Source: Candidatus Omnitrophota bacterium
GTDB lineage: Bacteria > Omnitrophota > Gorgyraeia > B26-G9
DNA: 64,000 nt
Direction of reading: 5' to 3'
Assembly (NCBI GenBank): GCA_043805415.1
Contig: JAZDHZ010000045.1
Location: 26,490-90,489 of the forward strand
The translations under genes were made by a program, and so were the position numbers. The notes beneath the pieces were generated by a model. The model was not told where the DNA came from and did no database searches. It saw only the letters and a program-made list of their open reading frames with translations. This document shows, piece by piece, positions 8,935 through 19,581 of the stretch. Every line of letters begins with the position of its first letter. Position 1 is the first letter of the stretch.

Positions 8935-9495
8935 CTAAATATTAAAATCTTTAATAGTAAAAATAGACTCTAATGTGCACCCAGCTTTTTTTATATTTTC
9001 CTGAGCCCCTTCACATCGATCAACAATGGCAATAACGCGAACAATTTCACATCCGATACTCTGTACGGCTTCAATTGCTTGGATTGTTGATGATCCAGTT
9101 GTAACAACGTCATCAATTATAAGGACTTTGCTTGATTTTTTAAGCTTAGGTCCTTCAATAAGTTTTCGCATTCCATGTTTTTTTTCATTTTTGCGAACAA
9201 TAAAACCATTGATTGGAGTGTTTCTTTTATAGCTGAGCGCTACTGTTGCGCCAATAATGGGGTCAGCGCCTAGGGTTAATCCGCCAATAGCATTGATTTT
9301 ATCTTTTTTTATCATATCAAGTATGATTTTAGCCATTAAATATGAACCTTGGCTTGAAAGACTGCTAATCCTGCCGTCAAAATAATAGTTGCTAATTTTT
9401 CCGCTGGCTAAAACGACACGTTTTCGTTTAAAAGATAAGTGTTTGAGTAGTGTAAGAAGCTGCTTTTTATCCTTATTATAGTTCGGTTTTTTCAT
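8935..9495 (-). CDS. pyrE: Orotate phosphoribosyltransferase
   Basis: LASGK.S.YYFD, VRK..K.HG and the PRPP motif IIDDVVTTGSS. Confidence 0.95.
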   Translation of the reverse strand: MKKPNYNKDKKQLLTLLKHLSFKRKRVVLASGKISNYYFDGRISSLSSQGSYLMAKIILDMIKKDKINAIGGLTLGADPIIGATVALSYKRNTPINGFIVRKNEKKHGMRKLIEGPKLKKSSKVLIIDDVVTTGSSTIQAIEAVQSIGCEIVRVIAIVDRCEGAQENIKKAGCTLESIFTIKDFNI

Positions 9496-9705
9496 ATTTT
9501 CCCTAGGGGTTGAATGGTTATTTGTGAATATTATACAATATTAACAAAAATTATAGCTTGATAACCCAAATTCGTCAATATAATAATAAAGCAATATAGG
9601 AGAATAGCTTGTTAAAATTATTTTTAATTTTTACTAAAACATGATATGATAAAGAAGGATAAAAGTAAATTGAACAGATTAATCGATAATAGCTTAGGTA
9701 AAATA

Positions 9706-10125
9706 ATGCAAGTGTTAACAAGGCGGTTACACATTGAAACAAAGGGGCCCAATGATCTGGTGAATATTACAGATCTGGTTAAAGATGTTTTAGCGCAAGT
9801 ATCGATGGAAGATGGATTAGTTAATATCTTTGTTGTTGGTTCAACGGCCGCGATCACATCCTTTGAATATGAATCTGGAATGATAGCTGATATGCAGGAA
9901 TTTTATGAAAAAATTGCTTCGCAGCAAGCACATTATATGCATGATGAGACATGGAATGATGCAAATGGCTTTAGCCATGTTAGAGCGGCAATACAGGGCC
10001 CATCAATTATCGTCCCTTTTGAAAAAGCCACTATTCTTTTAGGAGTTTGGCAGCAAATTGTGCTTGTTGAATTTGACACGCGTCCAAGACAGAGAGAAAT
10101 AATTCTAACCTTTATAGGCATATGA
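9706..10125 (+). CDS. YjbQ/UPF0047 family protein
   Basis: GSTAAIT, NGFSHVRA and LGVWQQIVLVEFD; ATG 9706 is the likely start. Confidence 0.88.
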   Translation: MQVLTRRLHIETKGPNDLVNITDLVKDVLAQVSMEDGLVNIFVVGSTAAITSFEYESGMIADMQEFYEKIASQQAHYMHDETWNDANGFSHVRAAIQGPSIIVPFEKATILLGVWQQIVLVEFDTRPRQREIILTFIGI

Positions 10126-10943
10126 AAGATAAAAATAGAAAAATATTAAACTGGACAAGAAAGATATTTTGCCTGATGGGCGCTTTTCTTATATTGTTAT
10201 GTCCGCATTTATATGCTGTCCAAACAGGGCTTACTGCCAAATCGGCAATTATTATGGATGCGTCTAATGGAACAATCCTATATCAAAAAAACGCCAATAT
10301 GCGTATGCCTGCGGCTAGCACAGTTAAAGTCTTAACTGCTATTATGTCGGCAAGCAGTCTTGATTTAAATGGGGTTGTGACAGTTAGCAGAAGAGCGGCA
10401 GGGATTGCTCCCAGTAAAGTATATCTGACTGAAAAAGCTCAATACAAAGTTATTGATCTTATAAAATGCTTGTTAATGAGTTCAGCAAATGATGCGGGGG
10501 TAGTTTTAGCTGAAGCAATGGCCTTGACAGAGTTTCAGTTTTCTTTGTTGATGAATGAAAAAGCAAAGCAAATAGGAGCAAAAAACAGTTTTTTTCTAAA
10601 TGCTACAGGTCTTCCCGAACATAAAAAAGGACAGTATTCCACTGCCTATGATCTAGCTTTATTCATGAAAGAATGTATGCAAAATCCCCGATTAGTCAAG
10701 ATAATGCAAACCAAAATGACCACAATTGCCGGGAGTGATGAAAAGCCGATTAATGTTAAAAACCACAATAAGTTTCTTTGGCGTGATTCTAATGACTTAA
10801 TTGGGAAAACTGGTTATACAAAACAAGCAGGGCATTGTTTTTTAGGCGCTTTTACTTGTGGTAAGCGTAAATTAATTGTAGCTATTCAGGGTAGTCGTAA
10901 GCCTTGGGATGACCTTAATTATTTAATAAATAGACAGTACTAA
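10122..10943 (+). CDS. D-alanyl-D-alanine carboxypeptidase (peptidase S11)
   Basis: Signal peptide; SxxK (STVK), SxN (SAN) and KTG motifs. Confidence 0.9.
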   Translation: MKDKNRKILNWTRKIFCLMGAFLILLCPHLYAVQTGLTAKSAIIMDASNGTILYQKNANMRMPAASTVKVLTAIMSASSLDLNGVVTVSRRAAGIAPSKVYLTEKAQYKVIDLIKCLLMSSANDAGVVLAEAMALTEFQFSLLMNEKAKQIGAKNSFFLNATGLPEHKKGQYSTAYDLALFMKECMQNPRLVKIMQTKMTTIAGSDEKPINVKNHNKFLWRDSNDLIGKTGYTKQAGHCFLGAFTCGKRKLIVAIQGSRKPWDDLNYLINRQY

Positions 10944-11002
10944 TATGGCGGGTAGGAATTTTGTGTGCATTTAAGTGTGTGTAAAAATTGAGGGCTATTG
11001 GA

Positions 11003-11191
11003 TTAGCCCTCAATTTTTATTGCTTCAACTGGACAGCTGCTAGCAGCTTCCTTAGCAGACTCAAGTACATCAGCAGCGATAGAATTACCGATAACAATGG
11101 CTTTATCATCTTGCATTTGATATACTTCAGAACACATGTTTGCGCAAAGTCCGCAACCTACACAAGCTTCCGCGTCAATTATTGCTTTCAT
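11003..11191 (-). CDS. Monocluster ferredoxin
   Basis: CVGCGLC...SCPVEAI; SD AAGGAGG. Confidence 0.92.
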   Translation of the reverse strand: MKAIIDAEACVGCGLCANMCSEVYQMQDDKAIVIGNSIAADVLESAKEAASSCPVEAIKIEG

Positions 11192-11298
11192 CTAAAACCT
11201 CCTTATGTAATAATTTCATATTATTATAAGGTGAAATTATAATTATTGCAAATATTTTTTTAAGAATCCTTTAGATTGCATAGGATATTGTATTAAAA

Positions 11299-11955
11299 AT
11301 GAAAAATATGCAAAAAAAGACAAAAGCCGAAATAGCGGAGATTATATTAAAAAAATTAATCAAGCAATATCCTAAAGCAAAGATTGCGCTAAAATTTTCC
11401 ACAAATATGGAATTGCTTACCGCAACCATATTATCTGCGCAATGTACTGATGATAGAGTCAATAAAGTCACTCTAAAACTATTTTCGAAATATAAAACAG
11501 TATATGATTACGCCAATGCTGATGCAAAGACTTTTGAAAATGAAATACGCTCACTGGGATTGTTTCGCAATAAGGCAAAAAATATTATTCGAACAGCACA
11601 GATAATTTATCAAGAACACGAGGCAAAGATACCTGGGCAAATGCAAGAGCTAGTTAAATTGCCAGGGGTTGGAAGAAAAACAGCCAATGTTTTTTTGTCT
11701 AATGCTTTTGGAAAAAATGAGGGAATAGCTGTGGATACGCATGTAAAGCGACTAAGTCATCGGATAGGACTTAGTCAAAATAGCGATCCTATTCAAATCG
11801 AACAGGATTTAATGAAATTGTTCCCTAAAAAACAATGGGGGCAGATTAATAATATATTTATTGCCCATGGGCGAAGTGTATGCACTGCGCAAAAACCAAA
11901 ATGCCGAATGTGTAATATAAATAGAGTTTGTCTGTTTAAGGAAAAGAATGTTTAA
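11299..11955 (+). CDS. nth: Endonuclease III
   Basis: ILSAQCTD, HhH LPGVGRKTA, AVDTHV and C-x6-C-x2-C-x5-C. Confidence 0.96.
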   Translation: MKNMQKKTKAEIAEIILKKLIKQYPKAKIALKFSTNMELLTATILSAQCTDDRVNKVTLKLFSKYKTVYDYANADAKTFENEIRSLGLFRNKAKNIIRTAQIIYQEHEAKIPGQMQELVKLPGVGRKTANVFLSNAFGKNEGIAVDTHVKRLSHRIGLSQNSDPIQIEQDLMKLFPKKQWGQINNIFIAHGRSVCTAQKPKCRMCNINRVCLFKEKNV

Positions 11956-11988
11956 AATAAGTTTTTTATTTATAAAGCAAGGAACAAA

Positions 11989-13176
11989 ATGATTTTAAAA
12001 AGAATACTTCTCATATTAGTTGGCATAGGCTTATGTTTTTGTTTGGAGCTTATAGCTCGCTTAGTGTTGCCGGAAAATAAGCTTAACTTGATGGAATCTA
12101 TTCATACTGTTTGCCGGGAAGATAATGAGCTTTTATGGAGACAGAAAAGTAATTTAAACACAATGTTTCAAGGTAAGCATGTAATTACTAATTCCCTGGG
12201 ATTAAGAAATGATGAAATCATGCAGCACGAAAAAGAGAATATGTACAGGTTGATCTGCTTAGGGGGATCTTCAACTTTTGGCTGGGGCGTGGATAGGGAA
12301 AAGACATATCCCTTGCATTTAGAGAATTTGATAAACAAGTGTTTTGATCAGAAGATTGCGGAAGTAATAAATGCAGGTCAAATAGGATATACTTCTTATC
12401 AGGGAAAGAAATTTTTTAAAAAGTATTTACTTGAATATAGTCCGGATATTATTACGGTTTCCTATGTGTTAAATGATATTGATAAAGTTCGTTTTTTTAA
12501 AAATGAGAAATTGTCAGACAGCCAGATCTCTTTTTCGGGATCAGAAATAGTGGAATGGAAAAGCCGTATTATTGATAAACGGATTTACTTTTTAGCCAAA
12601 AGATTTACCTTGTGGCTGATGCGAAAAAATTCAAAACTCACAGCTGCTGTTTATAAAAATCAATATGAAAATTCAAAGATACGCGTATCAGCGGGCGAGT
12701 ATCGAGAAAATCTGCAAGATATTATTGCGACATGCAAATCCAGAAATATTAAGCTGATTTTTATTATCATGCCAATTAATTTAGCTTTGCCGGAGATTAG
12801 CGGGAAAACTAATGGCAGTCAGCTAAGCAATTATTATTATCAAAAAGCTGTAAAATGTGAAAAGATAAAAGACTATAAAAATGCGGAATTATTTTTTAAA
12901 AAAGCGTTAGAGCATCAGGTTTTTATTTGCAAGAAAAATGGAGTTTTATATCAAAACATTATGATGCAAGTGGCTCAAGAAAACAAAATACCTTTTGTGA
13001 ATGCTGAGGAATTATTCAGTAGTGGCTTGTATGGGCAAATGGTCGATTTGTTTAATGGCTCCGATGACAGGATACACCCAAATGATGCGGGACATAGATT
13101 AATAGCAAATGCATTATATGAATGTATTATAAATAATGCAATGCTGGTTCCTAATAAAGAAATGAAGAGAAAATAA
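11989..13176 (+). CDS. Membrane-anchored SGNH/GDSL hydrolase with TPR insert
   Basis: N-terminal TM; CLGGSSTFG, INAG..GYTS, ND and DRIHP. Confidence 0.8.
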   Translation: MILKRILLILVGIGLCFCLELIARLVLPENKLNLMESIHTVCREDNELLWRQKSNLNTMFQGKHVITNSLGLRNDEIMQHEKENMYRLICLGGSSTFGWGVDREKTYPLHLENLINKCFDQKIAEVINAGQIGYTSYQGKKFFKKYLLEYSPDIITVSYVLNDIDKVRFFKNEKLSDSQISFSGSEIVEWKSRIIDKRIYFLAKRFTLWLMRKNSKLTAAVYKNQYENSKIRVSAGEYRENLQDIIATCKSRNIKLIFIIMPINLALPEISGKTNGSQLSNYYYQKAVKCEKIKDYKNAELFFKKALEHQVFICKKNGVLYQNIMMQVAQENKIPFVNAEELFSSGLYGQMVDLFNGSDDRIHPNDAGHRLIANALYECIINNAMLVPNKEMKRK

Positions 13177-13178
13177 GT

Positions 13179-14594
13179 ATGCAGATTAATCGAGCGGCTA
13201 AAAAGACATTGCTTATGTTTTTTGGGATAATATTTGGGCTTGTTCTTGTGGAATCATGTTTAAATGCAGTAGATTTTATTTATTCCAGCTGGTTTCATAA
13301 AAGTAATCAAGAGTTTTTTAAATATGATGCCGGTGCTTGTAGAATTATTTGCCTAGGAGATTCCTGGACATTGGGTATGGGCGCTGTCGCGCAGCAGGAT
13401 TATCCCGCACAACTCCAGGTGATATTGAATGAATCGCAAATGGGATGCAAATTTAAAGTATACAATTTAGGGTACCCGAATTTTACGTCAGCCATGGCAA
13501 TTAAAAAATTTAAGGAGATATGTCCCCGTCTGAAGCCGCATATTGTTATAGCTATGATTGGAAGAAGCGATCAATGGAGTTCGGAAAATGCTAATGCTAA
13601 AAGCAAAGTTTTTCAGATAACTAAGCAGCGGTTGTTGGATACAAAAATTGGCAAACTAATAAAAATCAGTATTTATAACTTGCACTATAATGGTTTTAAA
13701 AAACAGACTATTGACTCATTGAATAATGAAAAAGCTATGCGTGATGCAATGGTTTGGATTAAATTGGGGAATGAGCATAGATCTAATCGAACGTTTGTTG
13801 CAGCAGAGGCCTGTTATAATAATGCTCTTGAAATAGCCCCGGATTTAATGTTCGCTTTTATTGAAAAAAGCCGTTGTTATAAAATACAAGGGCAATATGA
13901 AAAAGCCGCAAGTGTTTTAACTGAAGCTTTTATATCAGATATATCGAATAAAGAGATTGCTCAAGAGCTAATCGATATTTTTATTCGTTGGAATGAACCG
14001 CAAAAAACAGTGGATTTTTACTATCAAATTTTCCAGAAAAAGCCAGATAGCGATCTGTTGAAAAGTAAGCTAGTCAATGCGTATATTATTTTAGCGGACA
14101 CATTATTTACTAATAAGCAATATGATAAAACAATAGAAATCTATAATAAAGCTTTGAGTCTTGATCCGGAAAATAAAAGATTATACATTAGTATTGCGTA
14201 CAATCAGTCGATGCTTTACAGTAAAGGTAAACTAGGCTATCAGCACCCTAAACATATACAAACCGCTAAGATTAATAGCACAAATTCAATTGAAAAAAGC
14301 CTTACCGTCAATTTAAATCTGCTTGCAAGGTTTTGCAAAAAGCAGGGAATAACACTTATCTTATCCGGGTATCCTCTGGAAATGTTAAAACCTATACAGG
14401 AAGTTGCTGCGGAGAATAAAATCCCCCTGGTTGACCATAGGCAATCTTTTCAAGGAGCAGAAAGAAGCTTTTTTGCAAAAGACGGACATTGTAATAGTCT
14501 GGGGTATAAACTTGTTGCAGAGAACATTGCGGAACAGATATATCTGATAATTAATAACCCAGTGTTTTACAATAAACAAAAAGAAAAACAATAA
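13179..14594 (+). CDS. Membrane-anchored SGNH/GDSL hydrolase with TPR array
   Basis: CLGDSWTLG, YNLG and DGHCN; several TPRs (e.g. YNKALSLDPEN). Confidence 0.8.
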   Translation: MQINRAAKKTLLMFFGIIFGLVLVESCLNAVDFIYSSWFHKSNQEFFKYDAGACRIICLGDSWTLGMGAVAQQDYPAQLQVILNESQMGCKFKVYNLGYPNFTSAMAIKKFKEICPRLKPHIVIAMIGRSDQWSSENANAKSKVFQITKQRLLDTKIGKLIKISIYNLHYNGFKKQTIDSLNNEKAMRDAMVWIKLGNEHRSNRTFVAAEACYNNALEIAPDLMFAFIEKSRCYKIQGQYEKAASVLTEAFISDISNKEIAQELIDIFIRWNEPQKTVDFYYQIFQKKPDSDLLKSKLVNAYIILADTLFTNKQYDKTIEIYNKALSLDPENKRLYISIAYNQSMLYSKGKLGYQHPKHIQTAKINSTNSIEKSLTVNLNLLARFCKKQGITLILSGYPLEMLKPIQEVAAENKIPLVDHRQSFQGAERSFFAKDGHCNSLGYKLVAENIAEQIYLIINNPVFYNKQKEKQ

Positions 14595-14595
14595 T

Positions 14596-15978
14596 ATGCC
14601 AGTTAAAAAAAAGCTATTACTAGTAACTTTCGGAGTGCTCAGCGCATTGCTCGTAATGGAAGTTATATTGTTTTGTTTTAGTTTCTGGGCGCCACATTTA
14701 TCCGAAAACCCCATAATCAAGCAAGGCCAGGAAAAAGCCTTAAAAGTCCTTTGCTTAGGAGATTCGTTTACATATGGGATTGGAGCTGAGTTCAATCAAA
14801 GTTATCCGGCTCAGTTAGAGCAGATTCTTCAGCGCGGGATTAATAAGGAAGTTATGGTTATAAATGGAGGAATCTCCAGCGCGAATTCCGCAATTGTGTT
14901 GGAAAAAATGAAAACCTTTTTAAAATATATAGAGCCGGATATTATTATTGTTACAACAGGGAAGAATGATATCTGGAACTATAAGCAACTAAAACATTAC
15001 GGCGATTGGAAAGTTCAGGTAAAGGCATTTTTTTCGCAATCACGCGTGTATAATTTACTATTTATCGCACAGATTAATATAAAAAATACAATTAGGGGAA
15101 TAAAATTAAAGCAGCAGTCAAAGAGGAAAAAAGATTCTAAAGGCAGCTCAAATTTTGATGAGGAAGGGCTGGATAAGGCTAATGACCTAAGAAGTGCAAA
15201 GTTATTTGATAGCGCGATAAGTATGTATAAACAGATTCTTAAAAAATATCCAACCAATGTAGCTGTTTTATTAGAAATGGGGCGATGTTATAGGCTTGAT
15301 GGGCAAGATAATCAAGCAGTAACAATGTTAAGGCGAGCTTTAATATTGGATGAATCTAATCAGGATATTTTAAACGAGCTGATAGCAATTTTTGTTAATA
15401 AAAAATCATTAAAACAAAAAAAAGAGTTTTTTTATAAGTTATCTTTGCTTTTGCCAGAGAATAAAGAAATAAAAAAACAGTTAATAAGCGCAAACATGCA
15501 ATTAGCAGATATGTATTATAAGAGCGGAGATAATTATAATGCGATTGTTTATTATAATAAAGCAATATGTTTAGATCCCTATAATGCCCAAATATACAAT
15601 AGGGTATATTATAATAAGGCAATTGGATTAGAACACAAACAAGACATATTGACCGCAACTGGAATTAAATGGCAGGGACAAACTATTTGGCAAATCACCT
15701 TTGATAATATCTCTCAGATTGCTGAGATTTGTAAGCGCAAAGGAATAGTGCTGATATTCTCTGGGTATCCGGAAGAAATGTATGATCCAGTAAATACCGC
15801 GGCAAGAAAATATGATGTTATTCTGGTGGATCACAGAAAGCTTTTTGCGGGAAAAAAGGCAATGGGACAAAGAAGCAAATATTTTGTGTCAGATGGCCAC
15901 TGTACCCGATATGGGTATCAACTTATGGCGGAAAATATAGCAACCCAAATACTTAAGTATTTGGAAAATAAACTTTAG
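14596..15978 (+). CDS. Membrane-anchored SGNH/GDSL hydrolase with TPR array
   Basis: CLGDSFTYG, INGG, GKND and DGHCT; TPRs; clear paralog of 13179-14594. Confidence 0.82.
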   Translation: MPVKKKLLLVTFGVLSALLVMEVILFCFSFWAPHLSENPIIKQGQEKALKVLCLGDSFTYGIGAEFNQSYPAQLEQILQRGINKEVMVINGGISSANSAIVLEKMKTFLKYIEPDIIIVTTGKNDIWNYKQLKHYGDWKVQVKAFFSQSRVYNLLFIAQINIKNTIRGIKLKQQSKRKKDSKGSSNFDEEGLDKANDLRSAKLFDSAISMYKQILKKYPTNVAVLLEMGRCYRLDGQDNQAVTMLRRALILDESNQDILNELIAIFVNKKSLKQKKEFFYKLSLLLPENKEIKKQLISANMQLADMYYKSGDNYNAIVYYNKAICLDPYNAQIYNRVYYNKAIGLEHKQDILTATGIKWQGQTIWQITFDNISQIAEICKRKGIVLIFSGYPEEMYDPVNTAARKYDVILVDHRKLFAGKKAMGQRSKYFVSDGHCTRYGYQLMAENIATQILKYLENKL

Positions 15979-16832
15979 CTTTGCGTAAAAACATAACTGT
16001 TCAAGCTCACCCCTAAGCTTTTTGCTACTGGAGCGCATTTGGCCATTAAAAGATGAAATACCTTAGTCTTATATTCTGGTAGCTCTGTAAAGGTTTCATA
16101 ATACCCCATTCCTTTGGCAATAATAATGTCAGCTTGCTTTATTTTTGAGGATAGTGCAGGAGTGATAGTGGATAATTCAATTCCGACAGCATCATTCCCA
16201 GAAGGAATAATATTATTGGCAAAATTTAAATTATCAGTCAGATTTTTAAGATCAACAATAGTAAGGTCATTTTGAATGGAAGAGGATTTTACTACATAAT
16301 ATACTTTGTTTGTTAGTGTAAGGAATGAGATTAAAGGCTGGTCAAAAAACCACTCACCGGCATTATCCGCAAAAAAAACAATATTTTTGGATTTTTTCAG
16401 TTTTTTTGCAAACAAGTCAAAGTGATTAAGGGCAAAACTGATTTTCTTTTTCATATCTTTTTCTGATTCTTGAATGGTTTTAAAAAAATCCAGAGAATTT
16501 CCCTTAGCAGAAAGTAAAACGAGTTCTTCCAAAGAAAGACTGTTGTTTTCAAGCAATTTAGTTGAAATAATTTTTGCGCTATTCAGTTCTTGTTGTTTCC
16601 TTTGAGCAAATGCATCCTCAATGCCGCTAAGCTTTTTGATTTTTCTGTTTATTTTTGTAAAAACTTCAGCAGGGACTTTTTTAAGGCAAAATTGTAGATT
16701 TAGTTCTTTTAAAAGAGAGATTTTTATATCCTGGTTTATCTTAGCGCTGATTTTGCTTTGTAAAAATGACAGCTCTATAGTCATCTTGACCAGGTTTTTT
16801 AGACATTTTAAGCACTGTTTTTGAGCAAGCAT
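15975..16832 (-). CDS. ARMT1/DUF89 damage-control phosphatase
   Basis: N-terminal CxxC, DNAGE, ND and KGMGYYE. Confidence 0.88.
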   Translation of the reverse strand: MLAQKQCLKCLKNLVKMTIELSFLQSKISAKINQDIKISLLKELNLQFCLKKVPAEVFTKINRKIKKLSGIEDAFAQRKQQELNSAKIISTKLLENNSLSLEELVLLSAKGNSLDFFKTIQESEKDMKKKISFALNHFDLFAKKLKKSKNIVFFADNAGEWFFDQPLISFLTLTNKVYYVVKSSSIQNDLTIVDLKNLTDNLNFANNIIPSGNDAVGIELSTITPALSSKIKQADIIIAKGMGYYETFTELPEYKTKVFHLLMAKCAPVAKSLGVSLNSYVFTQS

Positions 16833-17081
16833 AGATTTTCCCTAATATTTATTAATTATAAAAGACAAATGATTATAGCAATAAAGCAAGCTCATGGCAA
16901 TTATAAAAAGCAGTAACTAAAGCATAACATATTTAACAACAACATGTTATGTTTTAGGAGAAAGGATCTTTTCAATATTGATACACGCGCTTATCCTTGC
17001 CTGGGGGCAAATTGTGTTGCAGAAAACCCGATGATTTGATAAAATATACCTCTAAGCTAAGGATTAATAAGGAGTTTCATA

Positions 17082-17750
17082 TTGATACCGCTGCGAGATA
17101 AGTTAAGATCAAAGCGTATTCCTATAATAACAATTACTCTGATCTTATTTAATATATATGTTTTTATTAAAGAGATACTTTCAGGCCCTGGTTTAGGCAC
17201 GGTTATTGATAAATATGCTTTAGTGCCTGCACACTTTCTATCTTTAGATGCAGTGACACTGTCAAATTTAATAACTAAAAGTATTTCTTTATTCAGTTCT
17301 CTTTTTCTCCATGCTGGGTGGCTGCATCTTATTGGGAACATGTGGTACTTGTGGATATTTGGAGATAATGTAGAGTATCGATTTGGACATTTTAGATACT
17401 TGTTTTTCTATATATCATGCGGAATCATAGGCAATCTGACGCATGTTATTATGAATGTAAATTCAACTATGCCTACGATGGGGGCTAGCGGCTGTATCGC
17501 AGGGGTTTTGGGCGCGTATTTTCTGTTTTCTCCCAAAGCTAAAATTGTCACAGTATTGCCGATTTTTGTTTTCTGGACCATTGCAGATGTTCCGGCATTC
17601 TTTTTTTTAGGAATATGGTTTTTGATTCAGTTCTTAAGCGGGAATTATTATATAAGTGGAGCTCACGCGAGCATTGCTTGGTGGGCACATATTGGTGGTT
17701 TTATCGGAGGAGCAGTTTTGAAAATGCTCTTTACTAAAAACAGAGGCTAA
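17082..17750 (+). CDS. Rhomboid intramembrane serine protease
   Basis: FLHAGWLHLIGNM, GASG and AHIGGF. Confidence 0.93.
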   Translation: MIPLRDKLRSKRIPIITITLILFNIYVFIKEILSGPGLGTVIDKYALVPAHFLSLDAVTLSNLITKSISLFSSLFLHAGWLHLIGNMWYLWIFGDNVEYRFGHFRYLFFYISCGIIGNLTHVIMNVNSTMPTMGASGCIAGVLGAYFLFSPKAKIVTVLPIFVFWTIADVPAFFFLGIWFLIQFLSGNYYISGAHASIAWWAHIGGFIGGAVLKMLFTKNRG

Positions 17751-17771
17751 AAATCAGGGGTTTGTTGTATT

Positions 17772-18440
17772 ATGCAATTATCGCCGGATAATATTTCAAT
17801 ATTTACATATATCGCGGTATTTTTCTTTGGGATGCTAATATGTTTTACTCCCTGCGTATATCCGATAATGCCGGTAATTGTTAGTTGTATCGGGACTTCT
17901 GAACTGAAAAATAAAACAGAGATTTTGCTTAGATCTTTAAGTTATGTGCTGGGTTTAGCCTTGGTTTATTCCGCGCTGGGCGCTGTAGCTGCGCTTAGCG
18001 GAGAATTATTTGGCAGTTTTCAACATAGTTTTTGGATAAGGTTCACAATTGCTAATATTTTTATCTTAATGGGCCTTTTCATGCTGGAAGTATTCAAAAT
18101 GCCGCAGGTTTCCTTTGCGGGAAAAATTAGAAACCTAGATAAGTCCGGGATGGCTGGGGTATTTTTAACAGGAGCATTATCAGGTTTAGTTGTCGGACCT
18201 TGTTCAACGCCTGTTTTGGGAGGTATCCTTACTTATGTTGCGAGCAAGCAAAATATTGCTGTAGGCATAAGCTTGTTATTTACCTATGCTTTAGGCATGG
18301 GATTGCCTTTACTGGTTCTTGGGCTATTTGTCGGATTATTGAAAAAAATGCCTCGCTCAGGGGAGTGGATGGAAAAAATAAACAAATTATTCGGATTAAT
18401 ATTAATCGGAGTTGGGGAATATTTCCTGCTGGGTGGATGA
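17772..18440 (+). CDS. CcdA/DsbD-type transmembrane disulfide transporter
   Basis: TPCVYP and GPCSTP redox cysteines; about 6 TM segments. Confidence 0.9.
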   Translation: MQLSPDNISIFTYIAVFFFGMLICFTPCVYPIMPVIVSCIGTSELKNKTEILLRSLSYVLGLALVYSALGAVAALSGELFGSFQHSFWIRFTIANIFILMGLFMLEVFKMPQVSFAGKIRNLDKSGMAGVFLTGALSGLVVGPCSTPVLGGILTYVASKQNIAVGISLLFTYALGMGLPLLVLGLFVGLLKKMPRSGEWMEKINKLFGLILIGVGEYFLLGG

Positions 18441-18522
18441 TAGGATAAGATAGGAAAAGTCTATCCATTGCGACAAAGAACATAACAATAAATATTAATA
18501 TATTGTTTAGAAAACAGAGAGA

Positions 18523-18948
18523 ATGGTTATGAAAAAAAACAAAAGATCTAATAATAAAAATACATTGGCATATTTTGAAATAGAGTTTTATGAAAAGCTA
18601 CTAAAAGACAATCCAGATTATGTAGATGCTCTTATCCCTCTTGCCGAGGCGTATACAAAAGCAGGTCAATACAGTAATGGATTATTAGTTGATAAACAGT
18701 TAGCTAAGTTAAAACCAGAGGATGCGATAGTTCAATATAATTTATCATGCAGTTATTGTTTACTTCAGCAGTTAGATGAAGCTTTTGTTGCACTCAAAAG
18801 CGCGATAACTTTGGGTTACAATGATTTTCACCACTTAGATAGTGATCCGGATTTATTTTATCTTCGGGAGGACCGTCGCTACAAGGAAATGATTTCTGAT
18901 TTTGTAAAGCAAAAAGGAGTAAAAAATGGAATGGGTAGAGCAACTTGA
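18523..18948 (+). CDS. TPR protein
   Basis: YNLSCSY...A...L..AI.LG and a DPDL..LR tail. Confidence 0.8.
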   Translation: MVMKKNKRSNNKNTLAYFEIEFYEKLLKDNPDYVDALIPLAEAYTKAGQYSNGLLVDKQLAKLKPEDAIVQYNLSCSYCLLQQLDEAFVALKSAITLGYNDFHHLDSDPDLFYLREDRRYKEMISDFVKQKGVKNGMGRAT

Positions 18949-19543
18949 TGAGATCCAGAGCTCGGCACTAAAAGAAATGGCCAATATCGGCATAAGTCAT
19001 GTAGCAACAGCTATCGGAGAGATATCCAAGGAAAAAATTGATATTTCCCTGCCGGCACTTAATGCATTTTCTAAAGACCAATTATTATACAGCGAAAATC
19101 AAAATGGAGGTATTGTAGTAGCCTACCTAACGGTGGATGCTATTTCAGCGCTTACCGAGATATTGATTATTTTATCGCGTAAAGATGCTATCGCGCTTAT
19201 GAATAAGTTTGTCAATGCGGATGATTTAGAGAAAATTGATACAGAAGATTTGACGATGGAAGAGCAAAAAAGTATTTTTTCGGAACTTTCTACCGTGATT
19301 GCCGCAACATATTTTTCAGCGGTTGACGATATGTTTAATGTGAAAACACGTTGCGGAGTGCCTAAAGTAAGTTTTGATCATGCGGAAGCTAGTGATTTTC
19401 TCAAAGACACTATTCGTCATAATGAGGGGATAAGCATTAATGTTTCATTTACTAGTGATCCATCCAGTTTATCGGGTAAGTTTTTGCTTATTCCTGATCC
19501 AAAGACATTAGGAGTATTGTTTGAGACAATTGGCATAGGATAA
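18926..19543 (+). CDS. cheC: CheC family chemotaxis phosphatase
   Basis: SALKEMANIG first site; the second site is degenerate (SELSTV); FLLIPD tail. Confidence 0.8.
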   Translation: MEWVEQLDEIQSSALKEMANIGISHVATAIGEISKEKIDISLPALNAFSKDQLLYSENQNGGIVVAYLTVDAISALTEILIILSRKDAIALMNKFVNADDLEKIDTEDLTMEEQKSIFSELSTVIAATYFSAVDDMFNVKTRCGVPKVSFDHAEASDFLKDTIRHNEGISINVSFTSDPSSLSGKFLLIPDPKTLGVLFETIGIG

Positions 19544-19581
19544 TTTAAAGGATTATTTCGAGAGATAGGAAAGGGATTGCG

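Noticed and set aside
16921-16958. dif-like sequence ATTTAACAACAACATGTTATGTTTTAG within an imperfect inverted repeat
   Set aside because: Arm spacing and the XerD arm deviate from the 11-6-11 dif pattern, and gene orientation does not switch here.
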